The notes under the pieces: generated by a model | Databases searched by the model: none | What the model was told of the DNA's origin: nothing | What the model saw: the letters and a program-made list of their open reading frames with translations, nothing else | Translations under genes and position numbers: made by a program | Shown here: in pieces, positions 1 to 12,185 of the stretch | How positions within the stretch are numbered: position 1 is the first letter of the stretch | Layout of the letters: every line of letters starts with the position of its first letter | Origin: Lama guanicoe | Taxonomy: Eukaryota | Assembly: GCA_013239625.1 (NCBI GenBank) | Contig: MU053810.1 | Span: 2,057,518 to 2,121,517, forward strand | DNA: 64,000 nt | Direction of reading: 5' to 3'

Positions 1-3000
1 TATTGGGGCAACAACACATCTGCAAAACTACATTTTCATCCCTTTTAATATATCCTAATGTTGGCTTGTGATATCTATGTGCAGGTAAGTCCATATTTTA
101 CTACGATTATGAGCACCTACCTTTTGATTTATTACCTTAGTGTACTAGATAATCTAACTGGCTGGAGTTACCAGTGCTTCAAACACAGTCAGGGAGCAAG
201 CTGACTGGTAATGCAGACCAGACCCCAGGAAACAGCTGCTTAATGCGGGGCATCTGTCTGCCGAGTGTGAAATGGCAGGAATGGGTCACGGCGGACGGAA
301 ATAGATTCTCCAATCTCAACCTGCCAGCCAGTGAGATGGGCATCTGACCTACTGTGTCTCCTTTTAAATGTGATTACTTTGAGAACACAGCTGAAGAAAG
401 TTCAGAGTAATTCTATCTGAAACAGAGTCTTACCCAGGGAACTTGATTTGGTATCAAGAGTCATTGTCCAGAGACTAGTTTCCCAAGTGATCGTTCTCTG
501 TTCACTGGACTACTGTTTTAAGTGACTAGCTTAATATGCCGCAGTGTCTGTCCTGCCTGCCCTAGACTCCTGTGGTCTGCAATGGTGACTGCATCTTCCG
601 AATGTCTGTGATCTATAGCCAGCAAGATCTGCAGCTACAGTGGCCTCGTCTGCGTAAACAGCTGCAGGGACAGTTACCAAACATCTGGCTCTCTTAGCCT
701 CATCGCTAACCGGCTGTCTCATCTTGGGACAAACACCTAAAACCCCTATTAAACTGGTTTCCAATCTAAAGAAATTTCTGTACTATAAACGCCTTCTAGA
801 GAAGGATGGGGTGTTTACAGCATACCATCCTAGCCAGATATATTTGATCAGAGATGTTTTTTCATGTCCTAGTGCTTGAGATGATAACAATTCCTTGGGA
901 TACTGGCTTGGGAAACACTAACCTGCCGAGATGTCACAAACAGCAGGCCTGACTCATCGGTTACACGTATAAATCACAACATTAATATTCACTAAGCAAG
1001 ATCGGATCACAAGAGCTGAGGCACACCAGTGTCAAGGGCCAGGCCACTGGCTTTTCAGTTTGTCAAGCAAATGGGGAATTCTGTGAACGCCAGTCTTCCA
1101 GCTACGTTAGAGACTGGGGTGAGCATGAGTAAGAGCTATCAGTTGGAAGAATGGGGTTTTGTTAAGTCTTATTTTAATGGCCGTTGATGTAGAAGGCGAT
1201 CAAAGAAAAGCCCTGTCAGGACTGAGGCAAACAAAGCCTTTTTCATCCTCCTTGGGCAAGCTCCTTAGAGGACAGCGAGCTCCTTGGAGCGGCAGAAGGA
1301 CGCAGCGGATGAAACAAGGGCTTCAGGTTGAGACAGAGCTGGGTGAAGGTCTGTCGCTTGGCCCAGCTGTGTGACGGCTGTGCATCTGCGTGTAAGGGCA
1401 GGCCTTGGGGACAAAGTGTCCCCTGAGAAGCAAGGCCTAAAGGACTTGGATGAGTATGGCAGGAGGAGCGATCTGAGACTGGGGAGGGGGCACAAATGAG
1501 ACTGGAGAGGTCAACAGATCACAAGAGAGGGTGTACGAAGACTGGGCTTCATCCCAAAGGCAGCAGGTTTCAGCAGAGAGAAATGACATAACACACGATT
1601 CGGGAAAGACATGCCTGGCTTCTCTCTGTGAACCATTAGATGCAGTGAAACAAAGAGCCACAAGTCCGGAACGGCGGCCAGTTCTCTGGATCAGGCGATC
1701 GGGTGAAGCACAAAAATGAGTCCAAAAGGCAAAGTTATGGTCAAAGTCCAACACGAGGTTCAGATTCCCCAGCGACAGCTGCTCGTGGCAATGGCAGCAG
1801 AAAGAGTGACAAATAAACAAACCAGCTTCTTGCAGCTGCTGGAAAATATCAGCAGCTCATCAATGACTTGAAATCCAAAGAAAAATGCTCACCACAGCAC
1901 TGCATAGAGTGTCAATCAAGTTAAATAATTTTGATAACGGGGTCACAGGTTAAAATCCTTCTAAAGAACTCCAAGCCAGGCCGGGCATGCAGGAAATACC
2001 CGAGGCGTTGTGGAATATTTTAGAAGCCAACTGTCTGCTTTGCCTTCTGAGCATAAGCAATTCCATGAGCCTGGAAAAGTCCAGCTTCACCAGCCGCAGT
2101 GTTGCAAGACCCACAGGTGGGAGTCACTGAAAGTAAAAGATAATTTCAGGCATTCATTGTTAGGCTTGGTAATAAACAGTCCAGCGAAGGACACTGAGAC
2201 CTTCAAAACAGAACACTGGAGGGGAACTGGCAGTGACTACAATTTCTGCAGGGTGGTGTTGGTTTTAACAAGAAATAGACTTTCTTAAAGCCTTTCTTTG
2301 TTTAAATTTTTTTAAGTGGCTATTTAAACAGTGTTGAGGTTAAGCGCTTAGAAGGCCCTCACCCCTCCTGTGGAGAAGTCCTGGGTTGTGTGTTTCAGGG
2401 AAGGAGCCTCACCCTAGGAAAGTCAGAAGGAACACAGAGCTGGCTACGTTCTACCACTTTGCCCAGCTGTTTCGGGACAAAATGCCATCAGGCTGGATGT
2501 ACATGCTGGGGCCTCATTCAGAGGCTCCCAGGGCCTCAGGAGTGTGGTGTCTCCCTTGGCCCTCAGCTGTCATTCTACTGCATGTTTTGGCTTTCGATGT
2601 CCTCGAGGTTCCATTATGTTTCTTATTTCTCTGTCACTCAGGGACCTAAGATGCCACCAGGAATTTTTAAACGTGGGCTCCTCTTATCCCTGATTATCAA
2701 GCCGCACTTTGGCATCTCTCCTGCGCTGCCACTGTGAGCTTCACGCCAACCACAGCTGCTAACCAAGTGGCCTCCAGCGACAGTCACATCAAATCACACA
2801 AGTTAACAGAATGGAGACAAGTCAGTCCCAGGGTCAGAACATCTTCCGTGGACACGCATGGCTGCATTTACTGGGTACTTACTAGGCGTCAAGTCACACT
2901 GAAGGAAACCTTCCCTCTGTACCATGTTTAGCAAGTTATTGGAAAATGTACTTACAAATTGCACTGCTTTTTGGAAAAACTAAGTGTGGAAGCCCAATTG

Positions 3001-3498
3001 AAATGCAATATTTAATAGCAATAACATTTAGAGCTTCGTACAGGAACTTCTATCCAATGATCTTAAAGACTTCTTTCCCTCACCACCCACCGCCATACGA
3101 GAGTTGTCTCTAAGACATCTAATTATCTGACTCTCACACACAAAAAACCCTGATTGTAGGACATGAGGACACAGAGTTATTTCTAATACCGCAGCAGTAA
3201 ACCTCAGTGAAGCAATAAACCCTTTAATAATTCTTATTCCCTGAAAAACATGAAGCTGGCAACAAGTCTATAAGCAAAGGCCAGATCTACATTAGCAAAA
3301 TGAAGCAGAGAATTAAAGCAATTATCTAAATAATTTATCATGAGCCTAGTGTAGGTCGCTGAATTACTTAAATGAATATTTCAGGGGGGAAATGCATTTT
3401 TGGTTTTAAAAAAAAGGGTCTTTGAAGACTCTTTCTTGGCTCACTGCACAGAAAGCAGGAAAGTCATTATAATGGTGAAGTCTGTGTGTACATGGGAG

Positions 3499-3512
3499 GT
3501 GCCCCCTGCTGG
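3499..3512 (-). promoter_or_regulatory. Candidate CTCF binding site
   Basis: Minus strand reads CCAGCAGGGGGCAC, a full match to the CTCF core consensus CCASYAGRKGGCRS. Motif only. Confidence 0.55.
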
Positions 3513-3919
3513 CGCTTTGCTTTGAAAATGTTCACATGTTACTGTGGTTTAGGATGTTTGGCATTTGGCTAAAAAAAAAGTAAAAAAATAAATAAAAACT
3601 GAAGAGGACCCAACAATGACTCACTTATTTTGGGATTCCATTCTTTGCACCATTCTTCGCTGGGTTCCACAATATAAAGACTCGGAGAAACTTCCAGCTG
3701 TAATTTACTTCCTAGCACTCATCTCATCTCTAGGTTAGTCCAAGGTCAGCGCTTCCCCTGACGGCAGGAGATGGAGGCAAATTTGAAAGTTTCTCAAGAG
3801 GAGCTGTTTCTTCACGTCCCTCAGTGCTCAGCCAACCTAGAGGGAAGGTTTCTGTTGCTCTAACATGGTCTCGCTATGTTTCCATCTCTCTGTCACACAC
3901 GGGTCTTGGGTGGTGCCCA

Positions 3920-4040
3920 CTGACCAGAAGCAGCAACACTGTTGGAAACACCGAGTCCCAGGCCCCGCCCAGACCTGCTGATTCAGAATCGGAACGAGTT
4001 CCCTCAGGAAACCAGCGTCTGTGACGTACTCATCTTGAGG
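3920..4040. mobile_element. MER5-like hAT DNA transposon fragment
   Basis: cccaggccccgccccagacctgctgattcagaatc resembles the MER5A core. Boundaries approximate. Confidence 0.55.
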
Positions 4041-5544
4041 ATACTGTGTGACCAGGAGAATAAGGGGGAAATTTTGAGCAAACTGGCAAAGGTAGAAGAA
4101 AAAGGAGAGACAGGTCACAGAGGGCAGCACGAGTCCAGAGCTTAGGAGTCTGAGGAAAAGCAAAAGAAATGTGAACAAGCCAGGTCGTTGAATCACGACC
4201 CCAGGGCTGGCTGTCCAATGCTTCCAGCCGAGTGTCAGCGCCGCAGGATCACACGTGTTGATTATGGCCTCAGGATGCCCAGAGGCGTGAATCATCACCC
4301 GGGTCCCTGTTCCAGCTTCCTTTCCGGAGCAGGTGATGCACAGAAGGGACAGCCAGTGCCTTGGTCTCCATCAGGAGCTGGGGAAGCGGGCGCAGCACAA
4401 ACTGAGTATAGATGAGAATGCCCCGCTTCAGAAAACGTCCTCACCTGAGTCCAGCAGGACACGGACAGCCTGTCTGCACGGGGCCTCCTGCGCTGGTTCC
4501 TCCTGGAACACATCATTGCTGCCGATAGTTTGATTATTTTATTGATTGATTTTGCAAAGCCTCCATCCTGAGGTCTTTACCTTTTTTTCTCTTTTAAGGA
4601 TAAAGCTCACTTCTGGATGAATGTAGATTCCACATGTGGCTCTAATTTCCTCTTGATTTGCCCTCAGAAAAGATCAAAAGCAGCTGGCTGGCTTCCTCCA
4701 CGTGTTCTTAAAGAGCATGACTGGGTCCCACGAATGCCCTCACTCCAGGCAGAAGGGCTCCAGGCCCAAGCCCCTTTCTCAGCAGTAAGGCCGCTGACTG
4801 ACGCCAGCTCTGTGCGAAGCACTATGCTGTTGTCCCTTGATTTCATAATAGACCCAAGTTCCCACTGGGTTCCAGTCTTGGCTCCCAAAAGTCCGCCATG
4901 TAACCTTTCCTTTCCTGGAGACTCCGTGCCCGGCTGCATACCAGACTTGTTTTAAGCATCAGATGAGAACACCCCTGCGGGAGGGAGCAGGGTACCTACC
5001 ACGTAAGGGCTCATTACTCCCGTAAAGCTTCTGGTTTCATCTGGAACTGCTTCCCAGCCTCCACAGAAGCTCCCACCTGGGACCCCGAAGCAGCTGATGA
5101 CCTGTGCTCACTAAGGGAGCTACTGCTACCAGTAGCCACCTCTCCGGGTTAACAAGCCAGCCCTCCCACATCGGGCAACGGGGCTCTGGCTTTCCCTCCC
5201 TAAATGAATTACACTCTCTTACTCATTATTCAACTTGTCAAATTTTGTACTAAGTCCAATCCTGTCCTTTACACTATCAGCCCCCGCTGGAGCCCCACTG
5301 GGTCACAATCACCCCAACACTGTCAGTCACTTCCTTCACCCAGCAACAGCAAGAGGGTTTAATTCACCTGAACATCAAATGTCTTGGTGAAGTCCGACTG
5401 CACTTTAAAATGTCTAATCAATACTTCAAATGCTCTGGGATGAAATCTGAGATTCCAGATAAGCAGTTTGGTGACAGAGGTCTCAGATTCAGTATAATGT
5501 TTATTAAATAGCATCTCCCTCTCCACTGAGCCCAATGCCATTAT

Positions 5545-5720
5545 TTCACCTACATTAGTATTACTCAGTCCTCGCAGTAGCCTTAGGAGGTAAACAGTAT
5601 TATCCCAATTCTACAGTTAAGGAAGCAGAGGCTCGGAGAAGCTAAATGCCTTGTCCAGAATCATGTTGCTACTTGGAAAAACTGTAGTTTGAGTCCAGGA
5701 CTCCAAATTCCCAGTCCAGA
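5545..5720 (-). mobile_element. MIR SINE
   Basis: tattatcccaattctacagttaaggaagcagaggctcggagaagctaaatgccttgtcc resembles the reverse MIR core. Confidence 0.7.
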
Positions 5721-6859
5721 TGGCTGCCCACAATGCCACAGTTACCATCAAGAGCCATGTGGAAGAAACATTTACAGCACTCTTCACGGAAAGCCTCACC
5801 TGCACTATATCCCTGAGTTTGTAACAGTGTCTCGAGATGCTTACAGAGGAATGTCACTTGCTTGATTTAGCTGAATATCTATTTTCCTGTCACTACTTCA
5901 TAAGGGTGCGAAACACACAAAGTCCTGACCGCAGTTCTTTACAGTGCTCATCTAAAATGACTAAGTGTTATTTCATATTTGGCAGGACAAGTACATTCTG
6001 TCAGCCTGAAAGAATTTTTGGCCAACAGGTTTTGTTCAGTTCCACAGTTGTTAACTATTAGAGATGTCTGAAAAAACATTTCGGATTGGGCTGGTTGAAA
6101 TGTTTAACTGATGGCCAGAGGCAATCAAAACTGAGAATCTCCAGTCCTACAATGACACTGGTGTCCAAAAGCAGAGGAGAATTGAATTTTCTCTCACCTC
6201 ACAGGGCACAGATTTCTGGATGCAAATTAAACCTTTCTGTTCTAAGATGAGCTACAAGACTATATGGGTCTGCAGGTTTAGACTCTCCATCCTGTGGAAG
6301 GATTCGTCATTTACAAGAGAAAACCCAATGAGATGCCATGCAATTACTGGCAGCAAAGACCAGAAATAGCAGTGACTCCTTTTATTTCTTTTTCCATAAG
6401 AGAAATTGGAGGCAGGCAGTTTAGGGCCTGTGCGGCAATTCTGCCGTGCCATTGGCAGTCCAGGGTCCTTCTGCCTTTCTATCACTTTGCACATGGCTTC
6501 ACTGTCAGCACAGTTTCTTGGTCCTTGCTGGTCCGGCCAGTAGTTCCATGATTCCAAGGAAGATGCAGAAGGAAGAAGGACAGCAGAGGACCTAAGAGCT
6601 GTCTGGTGCCTCCTTAAGAAGCCCTCCTAGACCTTCTACACAAAGCTTCCTAGCTTCAAGAAGTCAAGTTTCTGTCTTTTCATTCCCAGCCAATAAAAAT
6701 TGGGCTTTCTTACTAAAGAAAAAAAGAGTGGCTGGATACTGAGTAGTTGACTAAGAATCTCTGCCAGTTACTAAGAGATAAAAGACTCTCTGTCCACTTG
6801 GAACACTCGCGGGCTGGGTTACCAGCACGGAGTCATAAGCTTTTAGAAAGATCAACTAG

Positions 6860-6876
6860 CCCAACACCTGCGTTTT
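6860..6876 (+). repeat. Left TSD of RECQL4 retrocopy
   Basis: CCCAACACCTGCGTTTT matches CCCGACACCCGCATTTT at 10494-10510. The 3 mismatches are all CpG transitions. Confidence 0.85.
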
Positions 6877-9800
6877 TTTTGTTTTTTGGTTTTTGGTTGT
6901 TTTTTTTTTTTTTTTTTTGCAACTTGAGCATCTTTTATTCTGTGCCTGCTCTGCCTCCACGCTCCTGGTGGTGGGCTTTGCCCAGGGTGGTTGGTCACTG
7001 TCCTGGCCACTGATACCCCATTTTGCCTTGATGAACGGCTGCACGTGACACCCTGCACACTGGCTGTGCAGCCCCTGCTCAGGCCGTGTCTGTGACGTGG
7101 GAGCACAGGGCCCCCTGCACAGGGCAGTCAGCGGCCCCGCAGCAGGGCCTCCCCTGTGGCCAGGCGCATCAGGGCATGGAAGCTCAGGAGCAGGCACTTT
7201 CTCCAGAAGCACCGGTCCCGCCCATACACCTGGGCCAGACAGCGGGGGCTCCCGATGCCGTGGGAGACCCAGGCCACAGCCCTGCCCGAGAACTGCTGCT
7301 CTGGGCAGGAGGACAGGAGGTGGCGGATGTCCTGGAGGAGCTGCTCCTCCCAGGCCTGGAGCTGGGCCTGTCCTGGCTCTGGGCCCTGCTCCTCCTCCCT
7401 GTCCCCAGGGCCCTCATCCTCGAAGTAGCGGCTGAGCAGAGCCCTGAGCTGACTGCTGCGGTCCTCGCTGGGCTGCTCCAGGCGTGGCCCGCAGCTGGGG
7501 AAGGCTATGCTGTGGAAAGCCCAGATGGTGCAGTGCAGACTGGCCAGGGCATCTCGCTCTCGAGCCTGCACACGGCCGTGTAGGAAGTCACAGGTCTCGT
7601 CCTTCTCCTGGGCTGTCAGGTCCCCGGGGCTGTGCAGGTGGAAGGCTAGCTCCCTGAACTCCACCAGCACCCCGTGCCCTGAGGCACACCTGTCCTGCGC
7701 TCTGGGTCCCAGTGCAGCTGGTTAAGAGCCTGCCGCACGGGGGCCAGTTCCCAGCCCATTGAGTCCACCAGCTCGACCACGTCAAACTCCACAGAACTGC
7801 TCTCCCCACCTGTGTTCTCAGGGGGCTGCCAGGCCAAGCACACAGCCAGGGGAGGACACCTGCAGGCCAGGGCCTGGAGTTGGGTGGCACCCCTGGGGCA
7901 GCGCAGGTGACAGCGGGCATAGGTGGGTGCCAGTAGCTTCAGCCAGCGCTGTGGATGCAGCTCCAGGTAGCAGAGCAGGGTCTCGATAGCTCCCTCCTGC
8001 TCTGGGGGCCTCTGGGCGCAGGCGCAGGGAGGGAACACGCACTGAGCAAGCTTCTTCACGGCAAGGAATTCGACAGCATTGGCATGCATATGTCTACGCA
8101 GCTCCCAGAGATCCTCGCCCTGGGGCCGCAGGAAGAGGTGGCAGTGTGTGGGCTGCCCGTCACGCCCGGCCCGGCCCGGCCCACAGCCTGCACATAGCTC
8201 TCAAAGCTTGGGGGCAGCCCCAGCTGTAGCACGGCCCGCACATCCGGCCGGTCCAGCCCCATCCCGAAGGCCACCGTGGCCACCACCACCCACAGCCGGC
8301 CCTCCATGAAGGCCCGCTGCACCCGCCGCCGCTCCCGGCTGCACATGCTGGTGTGGTAGGCTTCGGCCACAGCCTCCAGGGCTTGGCCTCCAGGGCCCGG
8401 GGCCCAGGCCTCACGCAGGCGGGTGCGCAGCAGTGCAGCAACACGCTCCGTGTCCTCTAGCCTGTTGCAGTAGATGATGACAGAACCCAGGGCATGAAAA
8501 TAGTCATTCTGCAGCAGTGTCACCAGAGCCTGGTCTGGGTCCTTGTCAGTGGACACAGAGAGACGCAGGTTGGCTGGGATGGTGACTGGGCCCCTGAGGA
8601 CATATTCCTCAGCCACACCCAGGTGCTGGGCCACGCCGTGGGCGGTGCTGCGTGTGGCTGTGGCTGTGAGACCCAGGAAGCAGCTGACACCCAGGCGTTC
8701 CCGCAACACCTTGCAGACACGCAGGTAGAAGGGCCGGAAGTTGTGGGACCACTGAGAGAGGCAGTGGGCCTCGTCGACGCAAGCGAAGGCAACTGTGGGG
8801 AGCTGAGTGAGGAAGGCAGCGCCCCAGGCCCCAGCCCCAACCAACGCCTCTGGGCCGATTGAACCTTCTGCAGTGCAGAGCCCCGCTGCCTCCTGGTCAT
8901 CCCCGAGTGGATGCAGGCTGCCGTCAGGCCTGGGGGCAGGCCGGACACCTGGTCGTCCATAAGTGACATGAGGGGAGAGATGACAAGTGCGAGGCAGGGA
9001 CTGCGCCAGGAGTAGAGCAGTGTGGGCAACTGGTAGCACAAGGAATTGTCAGCTCCCGTGGGCAGCACCAGCAGCGTGGACATGCCGGACAGGATCCGCA
9101 TGACCACACACTCCTGCCCAGGGCGGAAGGCCCGGGGCCCCAGCTGCTCCAGGGCCTGGAACACCTCAGCCGGTGTGTCTACCACCTGCCCTGAGGGCCC
9201 TGGTGGGTAGAGTGGAGGCACGGCAGGAGGGGGACAGGGCACCTCGGACACAGACTCCCCCAGAGGCACCAGCAGCTCAGGCCCCGCAGGCTCTGCGTCT
9301 TCTCTGCCAGAGAGTCAACAGTTGGCAGCGCCAGTGCTCTGGAATACCTCCTCCACATGGGCAGGGTCTGTGTGTCACCCTCATCCTTGCCGCCCTCCTG
9401 AGGAGCCAGGGTAGGTTCTGACTGAGGGCAGTGGGATGCCCAGTGGCTGAGCTGTTCACACTGCAAATAAGAGTCTTTGGCTGCGGCTCTGGGCCGAACA
9501 CCCCCAAGACCCTCCCCTTTCTTCTGCCACTTCTGCCTCCATGTCTGCTTGTGGAGGAGCCTCCCCCGCAGGGCTGGGCCCTGCACACAGCGTTTCTGCT
9601 TCACGTTGAGTCGCACGTAATTACCCCTGTCTCGCACGCTGGGCCTGGGGGCTGTGGGGTTGCTGGGGGGCTGTGCCCTCACAGGCTCCTCTGGACAGTC
9701 TTTTGCACGCACTGCAGCCCCAGCTCCCTCAGGCAGGGGTTCCGCTTGGCCCATGTCCTGCTGGGTCTGTGCACGGCATTCCTCTGGCTCCCCACTCCGT

Positions 9801-10493
9801 CTCTGCTTCTTGCCTTGACTGTTACCACTATGGGGTTTCAATGCACTGACACCAGTTGCTTGTAGGGCTGGAACCTCTGGGCCCTGTACAGGTACCTCAG
9901 GGCCAGTGATGGGTTAGAGGCCAGGGAGAGCACCTGAAGTCAGAGGCTGTAACTCCTCTGCACCCAGGACAGGCTGGCAGGGCTTGAGAACTCCCAGAAA
10001 ATCTGGGGTCCCACTGTGGCACCGCTGTAGCCATCCAGGGTCTAGGGAGCCCAGTCGCAGGCTCAGGGATGCCCGCAGCTGCTGGAGCCGGCCTGGCCTC
10101 AGCTGGGGCTTGGGAGGTTGGGCTGGGGGGGCACCTTGTCGTCATCTTCTGGAAAGATGGCGGCAGTCGCTGTGCCTGGAGGCCCTGGGGAAGGGACCGT
10201 GGAGGAGAATCTTTGGGCAAGTCAGGGTATTCGGCCCAGGGCTGGCCTGGCCTGCAGACTGTCCTTTAGGTTGGCCTTAAGCCTCTCCCCAAAGTCCTGC
10301 ACAGACCCCTGAGAGCTCGGCTTCCACATAGTCTGGGGACTCTGGGTCGCAGCCCGATTCAGGTGGGACCCCCCCCCCCCAGCAGCTGGGCTGCGGCACG
10401 CGGCGGGAAGCCACTGCTCCAGGTCGCCAGACCCCACCTGCACGGCCCGCAGCCGCTCCCCGGCCGCCGCGCACGCCGCGCCCCGCAAATCTC
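6873..10493 (-). pseudogene. RECQL4: Processed pseudogene of RecQ-like helicase 4
   Basis: Intronless ORF fragments match RECQL4 along its length ([69 protein letters not shown]; stop at 7128-7130). AATAAA at 6934-6939, poly(A) at 6873-6918, flanking TSDs. Disabled: start ATG reads GGG (10459-10461), Walker A GK reads DN (9045-9050), stop at 10222, frameshifts near 8855, 8170 (extra GCCGG) and 7670. Confidence 0.97.
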
Positions 10494-10930
10494 CCCGACA
10501 CCCGCATTTTAAAGTTGAAGAAACTGAGGCCAAGAACAGCCTCTGGGCGTGGAGAAGTGAGCAGAGGCGGCGAGCGCGAGGGCCCGGGCTGGAGCCAGAG
10601 CCTGGCGACTTCGAAGGGAAGTGGTTTTGACCGCTCCGCGCTTCCTCGGGAAGCAGGGCTTCACAATTCCTTTTTGTTGTTTAGGGTGTCCCTATGTAAT
10701 ACTCCTTTCTCCCCTTCTGTTTGGGGATGAGTGAGAGAAGTCAGGCAGACCGAGGTCCCATCCTGGCGCTGTGACTGACGGAGGTGGCGGGCAGCGTGGT
10801 TACGGGCGGTCACCGTGTCCGCGGGCTCGGGCTGCAGAAACACACCAGCTTACTCCGGGGGTTCAAACAACAAACATTATGTCCCGTGGTTTCTCACGGC
10901 CAGACGTCTGAGATCAAGATGCCAGCGGGT
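10380..10930. promoter_or_regulatory. CpG-island-like segment over the retrocopy 5' end and host flank
   Basis: Dense CpGs (gcgagcgcgagggcccggg, ccgctccgcg, ccgtgtccgcgggctcggg) compared with CpG-poor surroundings. Confidence 0.55.
10494..10510 (+). repeat. Right TSD of RECQL4 retrocopy with L1 endonuclease site
   Basis: CCCGACACCCGCATTTT followed by AAAG gives the canonical TTTT/AA L1 nick site. Confidence 0.85.
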
Positions 10931-11190
10931 CAGGTGCTTGGTGAGGACTCTGCTCTCTTCCTGGGTATGTCCTTATGGTCATTCCTTGGTGTGCACAGGT
11001 AGAAAGAGAAATTTCATGTTTCTTCCTCTTTTCGTAAAGGCATCAATCTCATCTTTTGGGGCTCCAGCCTCATGACCTGATTTAACCCTAATTACCCTCC
11101 AAAGGTCCCACCTCCAAATTCCACCAAACTGCAGTTTAGGGTTTCAGTGGATGAACTGAGGGGAGGGGAGGTGGTCCACAGCACCCATCC
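10814..11190 (-). mobile_element. MLT1A/B-type MaLR solo LTR
   Basis: Reverse strand reads tttggaggtgggacctttggagggtaattagggttaaatcaggtcatgagg, typical of MLT1. Boundaries approximate. Confidence 0.8.
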
Positions 11191-12133
11191 ACCCACCCAA
11201 AGCTAACTGGAGTGGGGCCGGGGAGAGGGCGTGGAGGGGCAACCAGAAGCCACGCTCCCTGCAGGAAGACTGGCTCAGAAGAGAAGGGACAGGGCTGGGC
11301 ATGTTCAGTGCCTCCTCCCAGGGAGAGACATCTCCCCTCTGCCTTCGCAGGGCACAAGAGGAGGCAAGGAAAGACCACACGTGTCCTCTGACAGGTTCCT
11401 CCGAATGGAATTGCCTCCGCATGAGTCCAGAGAAGAAGAATGTCCCCTCAGCACCTGTTTATTTGAACTCTTCATCTTTCCTTCCATAATATTCCACACA
11501 GCTACCCAAGCGTGCCTTCCCTGACTTACTAACAGACTTACTATGAGGTTGCGGGTGAAAGAGTCTGGAAGATAAGGCACAGAAAGGTTAGGAGACTTGC
11601 TCCAAGTCACACAGCAAGTTGGGGGAGCAGCTGAAAGCGGCCCCACTTTCTGGGAGTTTTCTCTACACCTGGCTGCCTGACAAAGCCACTGTACACTCAC
11701 CAGCTGGAGACCACACGGAGTGCTGCCCCTTGCAGTGAGCAAAAGTCTCTGACCATAAAGGACACTCAAGCTTCATGACGATGGCTTGTGGGCTGGAGAA
11801 TTAACTGGTCAAGAAACATTTTTAATCATCGTCTGGGTGCCAGGATATTAGTCAGATAAAGTGGTTAAAAAAAAATACTAGCTGAAGGCTGTCTGAGCCT
11901 AGTGGGGGAGACAGACAAAAGGTTTTAAATACAATGACAGACATGTGCTAGGGGCATCTGCCAGCTGAATAAGAAAACACCTGGAAGCCATCTATCTGAA
12001 AATTATTATTTTGAACCTCCTTTCAACTGTCGCAACTTCTGTGGTAAAATATTACTGCTGACATCAACACAGAGCCAGTGAAGTGACTGATTCTCCACCT
12101 GTTTCCTGTTGCGCGGACACGGACACGCACTGA

Positions 12134-12185
12134 GTGATGCGGTGATGGATGTGGTGATGGATGCAGTGATGGATGCAGTGATGCG
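12134..12185 (+). repeat. Short 12-bp tandem repeat
   Basis: GTGATGGATGYR x3 flanked by partial GTGATGCG units. Confidence 0.85.

Noticed and set aside
7128..10461. Functional RECQL4 gene or novel helicase from the long ORFs (327, 249, 220, 180 aa)
   Set aside because: No introns, poly(A) tail and TSDs, start lost, Walker A lysine lost, multiple frameshifts. The plus-strand ORFs here are GC-rich antisense shadows.
12134..12185. ITAS-repeat coding ORF or CRISPR-like array
   Set aside because: A simple head-to-tail 12-bp repeat with no spacers; no other coding evidence.
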